Positions 53,715 to 64,000 of a DNA stretch of 64,000 nucleotides are shown in pieces. The stretch is taken from the NCBI RefSeq assembly GCF_026571515.1, contig NW_026866451.1, forward strand, positions 310,001 through 374,000. The letters are read 5' to 3'. The notes under the pieces are model-generated. The model saw only the letters and a program-made list of their open reading frames with translations, was not told the origin of the DNA and did no database searches. A program made the translations under genes and the position numbers. The stretch comes from Ruditapes philippinarum. Its lineage: Eukaryota. Numbering within the stretch: position 1 is the first letter of the stretch; each line of letters opens with the position of its first letter.

Positions 53715-56700
53715 CGAATTTATCAATTTTTTTTATATATATTTTGTGTCGACCTTTCGCCTGCAAGAATATTTGTCTGCGGTTTTATCGATATTAAAGA
53801 CATAAAAATATATGTGTTATTATTTTACCGATATCAGAATACAGTTTTATATAACATTCTCAAGAAAAGACACATTGGGTTAATATTTTGCATATGAGAC
53901 ATCAAGTAATGATTGCATCATTGAAATTTAGACGTTCGATGTGAAAACGATGACGTTGTAGACAGAAACGTATTTTCCAAACTGCCCATGATGACGGAAA
54001 ATGCTCTGAAACTTGCTAACATTCTGACAGAATATCAAGCTCACTATTTTATTTTATTTTACTCTTATTGTACATTTATCCACAATTGGGGCTTTAAATT
54101 ATCATTTGTAAAAAGGTTTCTGATGACAGGAACATTTTTATGTGAACGGTGCATCGAAAAAAACTATTTTAATGACACACAGTTACAGGACAAGACAATA
54201 TTCGGAACGACCAAATTTTCCTATGTATGTAAGTAATCTGTTATGTCACTCACTGTTAAGGTCATAGACAAAGGGTTATTCGTTATATATACTTTCCTAT
54301 AGTGTGAAATGGCATTGAATTGATGGACTCTGAGTGATTTGAAATTAAGTTTACTGTGTGTCATTAAAAAGTGATGTAACTTCGGTGCACTTATCCCATT
54401 GATAACTTTTTCATCATTTGAAAATATAACAAATGAAAGTTTTAAGGCACATGCTACAGTTACATAGGCATAAAGGCCTATTGCAAATTGTACAATAGAA
54501 TTTGTTTAAACTATAAATGAGCTTAGATCAAAAGTAATTGTGTAAATATGACCAATGTAATACCAACACTGCATGTTTACACTTCTTAAACTGACTATTG
54601 TCGTTTATAAACCAGTTCAAGACATATTTGTGAAATAAGCCTTCTTATCAATTACAATAAGAAAATGGCATATTTTAAAATCTGCCCTCTAAAAAAAGGG
54701 AGGACAACTCTTTGTCCCTTTCTCGTAAGAGAAGGGGAACCCTGTGATGCGTGTATGTGGTAACTTTCCTTACATGTCCTCGCTGTATGTACGTGGTCGC
54801 ATGGTCGTAAACCTACAATAAAAATATAACGTTTTCAAATGAGTATTGGTACGGAACAGTCTGGTGCCAAATTTTAATCTTCTTCAAAAACTGTTGAAAT
54901 CGTAATAAAGCCTAATTAGGACTTTGTTACCTCTGTTTAGTAGTTGTAAGAGCCTAAGTTAAGGCGAAAAAAACTTTTTAGGACTGCATGTCCTAATTAG
55001 TTAAAACTATTTGGAAGTTTTAAAAGTTATTTGGAGAAATAAAGTTCTTATTTGTTTTTGGTATATAAAAAAAAACTTATAAGAAGGTACAAAGTTCAAA
55101 TTAGGTTTTAATTTTACGCTTAGAGTTTTAAAGTTGCTCCTAATATCTCTTTTATTTCTTATTAACAGGCTTTATAACTAAACTTCTTATTAATACATGT
55201 AGTAACAATGTGACTTTAAGAGGTAACAAAGAACCTTTAAAAACTCAATATAACGTTTTCAAAAAGTGTTTTTAGAATATTAGAATTTTGCAAAACCGGT
55301 TACACCTTTTGAAAACATTGTCGTTTTATTTGAGATTTTCGACCATGCGACCACATACATGCATCGAGGACATGTAGGAAAAGTGACCGTGCGACCACAT
55401 ACACGCATCACAGGAATCCCCCTTCTCTTACGAGAAAGGGACAAATAGTTGTCCGCCCCTTTTTTAAAGGGCAGACTTAAAAATAATGCCATTGCCTTAT
55501 TGCTATTGATAAGGAAGCTAATTTTAACAGATATATCTTGAATTGGTTTATATATAACGATAGTAATGCAAACCGAACGGGTATCAGTTTACGTCCATTT
55601 AAGTCCGCTATTAAATTTTGAGAAGATCATATTTAAGTTTTTGGAAAATTTTTAGTTTTAAGATATTTTTACTTTTTAATCTTTGTATATGACAGAATAA
55701 TCTTAATTTTGCAAAGCATGAACGTTTCTAAAACGTTTCACATGCATTAGATATCGGAGGTATATTTCACACTTTGTTTATATTAACGGTTAACCTGGGG
55801 GCATTTTTGCAAAGTACGCATTTAATTCCCTATTCGACTTATTCTACTTGTAATAAAAAAGGTAGTGTGATGGGCTGCACGAAAAAAATATTTAAACTTG
55901 AGCAGCCGACAATTCTGACACTGGTAAGACTGTACATATTTGCAAGTATTATCTTACCTGAGTCATCTATGAGTACAGAGCTGGTTCAGTCTGCAAGGAT
56001 ATGCAGCCTGGAATACATGTGTGCAGTGTTGTTAACAGAAGTCATATATGTAAACAACTACTTTCGAGCTAAGCTCTTTCAAAGTAAAATTTAGATAAAT
56101 TCTAATACACAGTTTTCAATCTGCCTTTATGGTTATGTAACAATAGCATATGGCTTTAAACTTTCATTTATTATATTTTCTCAAGATGGAAAAGTTATCA
56201 ATATGATAGATGAACCAAAGTAACAGCACTTTTTAATGATACACAGTAAACTTAATTTCAAATCACACGGAGTCCATCAATTCAATGCCATTTCACACTA
56301 TCTAAAAGTATAACAACAGTGAGTCTCATAACAGATTACTTACACATACAGGAACATTTGGTCGTACCGAATCTTGTATTGTCCTGTAACTACATGTCAA
56401 TAAAATGGTTTTCGATGCACCTTTCACATTAACATTGTTTCTGTCAACAGATTTTTACAAAGATAGTTCAAAGCCTCAGTTGCGGATAAAAGGTACATTA
56501 CGAATAAAACAATAACAAAAGAGTGGGGTTGATTTTTGTCGGAATGTTAGCAAGTTTCAGAGCATTTTCGTCATCTTAGAAAATTCATTTCTGCCTACAA
56601 CGACAGCATTCATAACATTCTCAAGAATAGACACACTGGGTGATGAGTGCATCAATGAAATTGTAAAACTGTAATCTGATAGTGGCAAAATAATAGCAAA

Positions 56701-56800
56701 TATAGTATAAAACCTTAAATGCCGATAAAACCACAGGCAAACATACATGTAGGTGAAAGGCCGACACAAAAAATAAAAAAATTCTGAACTAAGATTGAGT
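53715..56800. repeat. Long diverged inverted repeat (fold-back): arms ~53715-54845 and ~55300-56800
   Basis: For example TGTCCCTTTCTCGTAAGAGAAGGGG (54713) against CCCCTTCTCTTACGAGAAAGGGACA (55419), and AGTGTGAAATGGCATTGAATTGATGGACTC (54301) against GAGTCCATCAATTCAATGCCATTTCACACT (56270). Confidence 0.9.
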
Positions 56801-57699
56801 TTAATTGAATCTTTCTTGAATAAACTTCTCGGTGTGTTGGATCTATCTCGAGCTGACGTCGTAGCTTGAATCCACGACATCTGGGTTGCTAAATGAAAAA
56901 CGTATACAAATGTTTTTTTATCACCAAGGGGCTCTTTGGCATGACTTGTGGTCGTCAATTTATAATACCGACTAAGATACATTCAATGTCCATCAATGAC
57001 TTTGTACATCACAGCAGATCCTTTCCTATTTTTTTATTTTGCTAGTCCCCAGATCACCTACATAACGTTAATATAGACATACTAGTAATACAAAGCTTGT
57101 TTTAAACATGAATTTAGTATATTGCGAGAAAAAAAATTGCCGAAAAAACATTTAACGGTAAATGTTGTGACAATTAACGTAACGGAAACTGATCGGCATT
57201 TTAACGGCCCCATCATTGCGACTTTGAACGGCCAATATAGCGGCCCAAAAAGAGGTTTGCGACATTTTTGGGGGTTGTTGCCCGGGCCCAGAATGGGAGT
57301 TTTTTAACGTTTGTGAAAAGGCTAGGGGTAAAGGTTTTTTTCAAAACCCAAAAATAGTTTGGAAAAAATTTATCTTAACTTTAAATCCCTTTACCCCTTT
57401 TAAAACATTTTCCAAAATTAAAAATGGGTAGTAAATTTTTGTTTATTTTTATTTTTTTAAATTTCGATGTTGTTGGGTTATTTTTAATGCACATGTACAT
57501 ATCAGTATTTCACAATTTACATTTAATAATCTATAAGCAAAACAAGTTATTTTATGCATGTTGTAATGATAACAATACCCAACATTTAGCAGTAAAAAGT
57601 AAACATCAGATAAGTAACAAATTTTACAATCATACTCAATCCTCGCAAACGTGTCTGACTGTATTAAGAAATTTATACGACACGATTGTCCAATGAAAT

Positions 57700-57872
57700 T
57701 CGACGTTAAAAACGTGTAAAGCGGGAGTTTAATCGTCGGACTAGTAATTCTCTAGTCGCGTGGGTTCAAAACCCGCCAGGTGCAGGCCGTGGCTTCCTTG
57801 AACAAGACATTATACATTTATTGCTCAGTACTGGTTGGTTCCAGGAACGGATTCGAACATGTGTCTCAATCG
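57700..57872 (+). mobile_element. SINE family A, intronic
   Basis: GGGTTCAAAACCCG...TTCCTTGAACAAGACA...TGCTCAGTACTGGTTGGTTCCAGGAACGGATTCG. Confidence 0.8.
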
Positions 57873-58225
57873 AACTTAAATAACTTGTTGTATGTATAAA
57901 CTAATCTTACAGTAATATGAGAAGTCGTGAATATATTCTATCCACCAAATTTTGGCCAAGTATAAATTTAGGCGTTGTGCAAAACGTTGGCAGTATACAG
58001 ATCTGATGAACATTTGTATGATATTTACGTTATAACCTAATGATATCAATGGAAAAAAAGTTAGCCCCAAAATTTAAAATCCCCTTTATTCCCAAAACCC
58101 TTTAAAAAATCTTCCAAAATTCCTTAATCACCCCTTAAAACTAGCTTTTAATATATTTAAAAATTGCGTTTTATTTTTTAAAAGGGCCCGTATGTTAAAG
58201 GGGATCTCCCCTCCTTTTTTTACAG

Positions 58226-58399
58226 GAGAAACGGGGGGGTTTTACTACAGAGAGCTGGCCCCAGTTTTCTCCCAAGATGAGTTCAACTTTTAATGAAAGG
58301 GGTTTCCCCTTTGGTAACGATGCTTTAAAGGGGTTTAACATATAGCCCAAAAGAAGGGACACTCCCAACTGTATTAATTTGACTTTTCCCAGCGAAAAG
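58226..58399 (+). CDS. Probable RIM/Fife-family exon corrupted by sequence errors
   Basis: Strong acceptor tttttttacag|G. Phase-2 reading gives RNGGVLLQRAGPS... and then breaks. Ends at GAAAAG|gaagtc, which looks like gtaagt missing its T. An exon with phase 2 in and phase 1 out is required between 53640 and 59093. Lies in a homopolymer-distorted segment. Confidence 0.45.
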
Positions 58400-58610
58400 G
58401 AAGTCTTTAAAAATTTTTTAAAAAGCTTTTAAAAATAAAAATCAAAATGGAAAATACCTTTATGATAGGGTTTTTCGGGATTTTTTTTCCCTATAAATGA
58501 CATATTTAACTAGCCATGCTTGATAAAGTTTACATTAAAAAAAATAATTGCCTTCGTGCGTGATTAATAGTGATATTAGTTATAAGTTAGATGAATGGCA
58601 GGTAATTTTA

Positions 58611-58870
58611 GAGGCGTCCATGACTAAGTAGTAAAGGTTTCTCATTTCGCATCACTTGTCACTCACTGTTTTTGGTTTGAATCCTGTAAGAGTCTTCAAC
58701 ATGTATTCATTCATTGTGGAATGTACTCAGTTAATTAAACAGAATGTCGGTGGTTCTACCAAGATGTCCTATCGTTTTCGAAGAGGCCTATGAGGTCTTC
58801 CTCCTGTAATAAAGTTGGGAAGTCGCCACATGGATTTTACTATTTCGTTTTTATTCAAAACCAAATCCAA
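58611..58870 (+). mobile_element. SINE family B, diverged
   Basis: tRNA-like head with GGTTTGAATCC; body shared with the 41778 copy. Confidence 0.65.
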
Positions 58871-59092
58871 AAAGAAAAAGAAGAAAAACATATAGCTTGT
58901 TATATTTTTTATATGAATAAACTGCAAATCCATAGGCGCTTTATTTCCTCGCAGACTTTTTTTTAAGGAGCAATTATTTTCAAGATGCCTCCTTTTGCCT
59001 CCTTTTTTGTCAATAACTCACAAATTGTTTTATATTTATTATTGTATACATATATGCGTGGTCAATATAATACAGTATTATTATAATTACAG

Positions 59093-59167
59093 GACAATCG
59101 AGTCATTCTCCGTCAAGTTCACACCAAATTATCATTCATCGAAATAAGCGAGATCACTCCATAAGAA
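59093..59167 (+). CDS. RIMS-like: RIM/Fife-family exon: start of PDZ domain
   Basis: ttacag|GA CAA...AGA A|gtaagt. Translates QSSHSPSSSHQIIIHRNKRDHSIR. Phase 1/1; the other two frames contain stops. Confidence 0.8.
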
Positions 59168-59419
59168 GTAAGTATATGCTTGTGTGGGTAAAAATAACAT
59201 TACACATACACGTACAACTTAATGTTTCAATCAATTATATTTGATTGATTATTTCATTATATTAATTACTAATGATTTTAATACTTTATCATCTATTCTG
59301 ACATATCCAGATATCGGTGGTTCAAATGAGTTCATTTTACATGATTTAAATAGTTTATAAGACACATGACTTTTAAAATATCAAGATGTGTAACTGTTCC
59401 AATTCAATTTGTTCATCAA

Positions 59420-59810
59420 AACTTACCATGAACTTTTGACACCATTTTAACCATCTCAACTATCTTACACTTACTTTTTGACACCTAATTTCATTATTTT
59501 TGACACCTGCATTGTAGTTCCATTATAAACTTTTTGATACTTAGTTCCATGATGAACTTTTTGACAACTTATTCCACTATGAACTATTTGACACCTGGTT
59601 CTATAATGAACTATTTGAGACCTAGTTCTGTATCTAGTCCCGTTATGAACTCATTGGCACGTATATATATTATGAACATTGAAAACCTAGTTCATTCATG
59701 AACTTTTCGACTTATGGTTGCATTCACTAAATTCCATTGTTAACTTTTTAACACCTGGTTTCATTATAAACTTTTTGATACCTAGTTTTTATTATGAACT
59801 TTTAGCTATT
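59420..59810 (+). repeat. Degenerate ~31-32-bp tandem repeat
   Basis: Recurring TGAACTTTTTGACACCTAGTTCCATTA-like unit. Confidence 0.8.
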
Positions 59811-59977
59811 TAACTCCTAATTCGATTATTATTCAATTTACACCTTTGTATTCTTTTTTTGTAATGACGCACAGATCAATTGCATTCTTGAATTTCTTGA
59901 AAAGAGATAGTTCTGGAGTAATTTTAAAAGGTTTAAACAAGTTGTTTTAGATACAATGATGAGTTTTGTTTATTTAG

Positions 59978-60094
59978 CGCAAGGTTTAGGAATGCGCGTT
60001 GTCGGAGGAAAACGAGCGTCTAATGGTCGTCTGTGTGCTTACGTCACTATGGTGTCAAAAGAAGGTCCGGCAGATAGGCAGGGTATAGCCGAAG
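59978..60094 (+). CDS. RIMS-like: RIM/Fife-family exon: PDZ domain core
   Basis: tatttag|CG CAA...GAA G|gtattg. Translates TQGLGMRVVGGKRASNGRLCAYVTMVSKEGPADRQGIAE. LG(M/L/I)(R/K)VVGGK...GRLCA is typical of RIM/Piccolo PDZ domains. Confidence 0.95.
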
Positions 60095-60454
60095 GTATTG
60101 ATTTTGTAGTTTAGTTTAAGTCACATTGATAGAACAATGAGCATAATTTTATTTGTTCATAGGAAAAGAAATAAAATTAAAAAAGAAGAAAAAAAGCAGT
60201 TCTTGTTTTGGAAACCTTTGGCAATTCATTAACAATGCTGCAAATATTTAGCAATCGTAACACTATACGTTAATTAATTCGATTTTATTAAATTTTAATC
60301 TGCTACATGTATAATATAAACGTGATCCACTCAAACTTTTTTAAATAGTTCATTAACCCCTTCTCCTCAAAACAATATTTTCGTGAATTGATTGATTGAC
60401 CAAGTAATAATATCTGCCATTTCAAAAATGATTATTACTGGGTTTTTTATGAAG

Positions 60455-60575
60455 GTGACCAAGTGTTGGAATGGAACGGCAGATCGTTACTCGATGTTAC
60501 ATTTGAAGAGGCTCAAGAAATTATCAACCAGTCAGGAAGCATTGTTCAGCTTTCTATAATTCATGGGGCTCTGAA
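60455..60575 (+). CDS. RIMS-like: RIM/Fife-family exon: PDZ C-terminal half
   Basis: ttttatgaag|GT GAC...CTG AA|gtaagt. Translates GDQVLEWNGRSLLDVTFEEAQEIINQSGSIVQLSIIHGAL. GDxVLEWNG...TFEE is a RIM/Piccolo PDZ hallmark. Phase 1 in, phase 2 out. Confidence 0.95.
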
Positions 60576-61410
60576 GTAAGTTTGTCCTCCAACATTCTGT
60601 AGTTCATGGAGCTCTGAAGTAAGTTTGTCGCTCCAGATTTCTATAATTCATGGGGCTCTGAAGTAAGTTTGTCGCTCCAGATTTCTATAATTCATGGGGC
60701 TCTGAAGTAAGTTTCTCGCTCCAAGATTTCTATAATTCATGGGACTCTGAAGTAAGTTTGTCGCTCCAACTTTCTGTAGTTCATGGGACTCTAATGTAAG
60801 TTTCTCTCACCAGATTTCTTTAATTCATGGGGCTCTGAAGTAAGTTTGTCGCTCCAACATTCTGTAGTTCATGGGGCTCTGAAGTAAGTTTCTCTCTCCA
60901 GATTTCAATAATTAATGGGGCTCTGAAGTAAGTTTCTCTCTCCAGATTTCTATAGTTCATGGGGCTCTGAAGTAAGTTTCTCTCTCCAGATTTCTATAAT
61001 TCATGGGGCTCTGAAGTAAGTTTCTCGCTCCTACTTCCTGTAGTTCATGGGGCTCTGAAGTAAGTTTCTCGCTCCTACTTTCTGTAGTTCATGGGGCTCT
61101 GAAGTCAGTTTCTCGCTCCAGCTTTCAATAATTCATGGGGCTCTGAAGTAAGTTTCTCGCTCCAGATTTCTATAATTCATGGGGCTCTGAAGTAAGTTTC
61201 TCGCTCCAGATTTCTATAAGTCACGGGGCTCTGTAGTAAGTTTCTCGCTCCAGATTTCAATAATTCATGGGGCTCTAAAGTTAGTTTCTCGCTCCAAATT
61301 TCTGTAATTCAAGGGGCTCTGAAGTAAGTTTCTCGCTCCAGATTTCTGTAATTCAATGGGCTTTTAAATAAGTATGTCCCTCCAGCTTTCAATAATTCAC
61401 GGGGCTCTGT
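60549..61410 (+). repeat. 44-bp minisatellite (~19-20 copies) spanning the PDZ exon/intron boundary
   Basis: Unit ATTTCTATAATTCATGGGGCTCTGAA|GTAAGTTTCTCGCTCCAG. Donor GT positions run 60576, 60619, 60663, 60707, 60752, 60796 and then every 44 nt to 61324. Confidence 0.97.
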
Positions 61411-61588
61411 AATATATAATATAATTCTCGCTTAAGTTTCTGTACTTCTAGAACAGAGTGATTTTTCGACATTGTAATGAAAAAATGGAATATATGGATC
61501 TATCAGTAATAATATTATCATTCATTCCAATATTGTACAACAGATATAATATTATATAATTCTTCAATCAACTAATTTGTGTTTTCAG

Positions 61589-61641
61589 AAGTGGTAGTAA
61601 CCAAAGTTTGAGAAGAAATCATCCCATAATTATTAAATCCG
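61589..61641 (+). CDS. RIMS-like: RIM/Fife-family short linker exon after PDZ
   Basis: gttttcag|A AGT...TCC G|gtatgt. Translates SGSNQSLRRNHPIIIKS. Phase 2 in, phase 1 out, fitting both neighbours. Confidence 0.75.
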
Positions 61642-61804
61642 GTATGTGCAAACATGATACATGTATATTTATCTAGGCATCTTATTGTGGATGTTTCAGT
61701 TTTAATCACTCGTAACTAATCCTGAAAAGAAGAATCCGTGAAACAAAAATGATTTTATATTTTTTCTTATAATTTTCTCGACTGATTGCAATAAATTTAA
61801 TAAT

Positions 61805-63415
61805 TAGGCCCATTAGTTTTAGAATGGCTTTTTTTTCTCAAAAGCTTTTATTTTGGGTACATTTTTATTGTGTCGCCTTGAAAAGGCGACATATAGGTGT
61901 TACTTTTGTCGGCGGTGTCGGCGGCGTCTGTGTCGGCGGCGTCGGCGTCGTTGTCGGCGTCGTTGTCGGCGTCCCCTAAAGCTTGTCCGGAACATAACTC
62001 AGTCACTATAAGACTGATTGACTTCAAACTTGGTATGCATGCTTCTTTCAATAATCCGAAGTGCAGTGCACAAGGACCGGTACTCTGCAGTTCTTAATTT
62101 TTGAGTTATTGCCCTTTGTTAATTTTCATACTTTAATTTTGTCCGGGCCATTTCTCTTCAACTAAAAAAGCTATGGACTTGAAACTGAATAGGATGATAG
62201 ATCTCATTAAGAAGAAGTGCAGTGCACAAGAACCGGTACTCTGCACTTCCTAATTTTTGAGTTATTGCCCTTTGTTAATTTTCATACTTCATTTTTGTCC
62301 GGGCCATTTTTCCTAATGTATAAAAGCCATGAACTTGAAACTTCATAGGATGATAGATCTCATTAAGAAGAAGTGCAGTGCACAAGAATTGGTACTTTGC
62401 ATTTCTTTTTTTTTTGAGTTATTGCCCTTTGTTTATTTTCATACTTTAATTTTGTCCGGGCTATATCTCCTGAAGTATAAAAGCTATGGACTTGAAACTT
62501 CATAGGATGATAGATCTCATTAAGAAGAAGTGCAGTGCACAAGAATCGGTACTCTGCATTTCTTATTTTTTGAGTTATGGCCCTTTGTTAATTTTCATAT
62601 TTAATTTTTGTCTAGGCCATTTCTCCGAAAGTATAAAAGTTATGGACTTGAAACTTCATAGGATGATAGATCTCATTAAGAAAAAGTGCAGTGCATAAGA
62701 ACTGATACTCTGCATTTCTTATTTTTTGAGTTATTGCCCTTTGTTGATTTTCTTACTTTATTTTTGTCCTGGTCATTTCTCCTCAAGTATGAAAGCTATG
62801 GACTAGGATGATAGATCTCATTAAGAAAAAGTGCAGTGTACAAGAACCGGTACTCTGCACTTCTTATTTGTGAGTGATTACCCTTTATTAATTTTCATAC
62901 TTTATTTTTGTCCAGGCTATTTCTCATAAATTATAAAAGATATGGACTTGAAACATCATAGAATGATAGATCTTATTGATAAGAAGTGCAGTGCACAGAA
63001 ACTGCTGCTCTGCACTTATTAATTTATTAGTTATTGCCCTTTGTTATTTTTCATATTTCATTTTTGTCCTGGCCATTTCTCCTAAACTATATTGTTCACA
63101 AGGCGACACATCCGACTCGCGGAGTTCTAGTTGTTTTCATAAAATTACTCATTGGCCAATTACCTGAACTGTTTTTTGTCGTCTGCTTCTTTTTTGGCAA
63201 TTTGTACCACAGTTATAGTGACTGTATTTTGTATGGAAGTCATAGTACTACTTTGTTTACATTTCACTACTTTTTGGTACATTTTATTTTACATTTATCG
63301 CTACTTTCTTCAGTTAACAAGCAATTAACTTAGCTCTAAAATTATAATTTAAACTTTTAGAAAAAAATCATGTTTGCCCATTCTAAAGAATAAAAAAAAT
63401 TTCTGAGGCCTAATG
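61805..63415. mobile_element. Degenerate copy of the 4373-4712 MITE, interrupted by the HINE at 61862-63136
   Basis: Left part AGGCCCATTA...TCAAAAGCTTTT and right part CTCATTGGCCAATTACCTGAACT...TGTTTGCC...TTTCTGAGGCCTAAT match the two halves of the 4373 element. Confidence 0.6.
61862..63136 (+). mobile_element. Second HINE-type element with ~7 internal ~156-bp tandem repeats
   Basis: 5' TGTCGCCTTGAAAAGGCGACA hairpin, a (GTCGGC)n microsatellite, the AAGTGCAGTGCACAAGA unit from ~62058 to ~62985, and 3' CAAGGCGACACA. Flanks are T-rich. Confidence 0.82.
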
Positions 63416-63705
63416 TACAATTTCTTGTATATACATAAACTATTTTGATCAGTCATCTTATTAATGAAACTTGAAAGTTGAAACAAACTATAAGTTAGTT
63501 ATTCTATTGTTTTTGTTCAGTTATTTGGGTGTAATGTCATTCCTATTAGAAAAAATATTTAAGGTGAAGACATACGTACATGCATATCTTTCTATTCATG
63601 TGGGTGATAATTATGTCTAATAGGCTGGGTGATATATTAATTGTTATATGTTTTTATATTGTTGTCACGTATGTCACTAAAATTATTTGTATTTATCTTG
63701 TTTAG

Positions 63706-63788
63706 AGACTGTGCCGATGGAAGGTTCCTTGCCACCAGATACGCTTACGTTTGCTCGCCCTAAACGAAGATTGCTACCTAAAACTCCT
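63706..63788 (+). CDS. RIMS-like: RIM/Fife-family exon with RRLLPKTP proline motif; gene continues beyond the window
   Basis: tgtttag|AG ACT...ACTCCT|gtaagt. Translates ETVPMEGSLPPDTLTFARPKRRLLPKTP. Phase 1 in, phase 0 out. Confidence 0.82.
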
Positions 63789-64000
63789 GTAAGTTATACG
63801 TTTGTATATACCGTTTATTGTTTTGTTTGTTTGTTGTTGTTGTTGTTGTTGTTGTCGTTCGTTTGTTTTTGTTGTTTTTGTTTGTTTTGTTTTTTAAAGA
63901 ATTAAGAAGTTTGCTGATTTAAAACATTTGAGTTGAGTCATATACAAACTTTAAGAATATGTAATATACTATAAGGGATTTTATAATGATTAACTCGACA

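Noticed and set aside
56557-56982. 141-aa minus-strand ORF or antisense exon
   Set aside because: It runs into the fold-back arm, has no recognisable domain and no donor was found. A transposase remnant cannot be excluded without a search.
240-57872. tRNA genes suggested by GGTTCAAA/GGTTTGAA B-box motifs
   Set aside because: Each motif is followed by a shared SINE body and lacks an intact cloverleaf.
60549-61410. CRISPR-like regular array
   Set aside because: The units are contiguous near-identical 44-mers with no unique spacers, there are no cas genes, and the unit derives from a spliceosomal exon/intron boundary.
61848-62097. Ala/Asp- and Ser/Ala-rich ORFs
   Set aside because: These are translations of the (GTCGGC)n microsatellite of a HINE.

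Overview
AT-rich animal genomic DNA. The repeat landscape and gene structure suggest a mollusc, probably a bivalve (inference). It is not prokaryotic: there is no operon, rRNA or CRISPR. The window has two domains. (1) About 4.6-34 kb is a tandem array of five diverged units of about 5.2-6.8 kb. Each unit carries a tRNA-derived SINE, MITE fragments and a decayed intronless minus-strand reading frame whose C-terminus resembles class A GPCR TM7/helix 8. The units show copy-specific inversions, fold-backs and insertions. (2) From 37.5 kb to the window end lies a + strand multi-exon gene of the RIM/Piccolo/Fife/Clarinet presynaptic active-zone scaffold family. It encodes a Rab-binding helix, a Cys8 zinc finger with KTKFADGxG, a long Ser/Arg-rich linker, a PDZ domain and an RxLPxxP-type motif. 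Eleven GT-AG exons were assembled by hand, and all junction phases agree except one. A twelfth exon that would fix that junction appears to be hidden in an error-ridden segment at about 58.2-58.4 kb. The start exon was not found and the gene continues past the window. The most unusual feature is a 44-bp minisatellite of about 19-20 copies, built from the last 26 nt of the PDZ exon plus its 5' splice site, which creates a ladder of decoy donors and potential poison micro-exons. Introns also hold Helentron-type (HINE) elements with internal tandem repeats, Sola- and Kolobok-type MITEs, SINEs and a 3-kb fold-back. Repeat coordinates are approximate and were read by eye.
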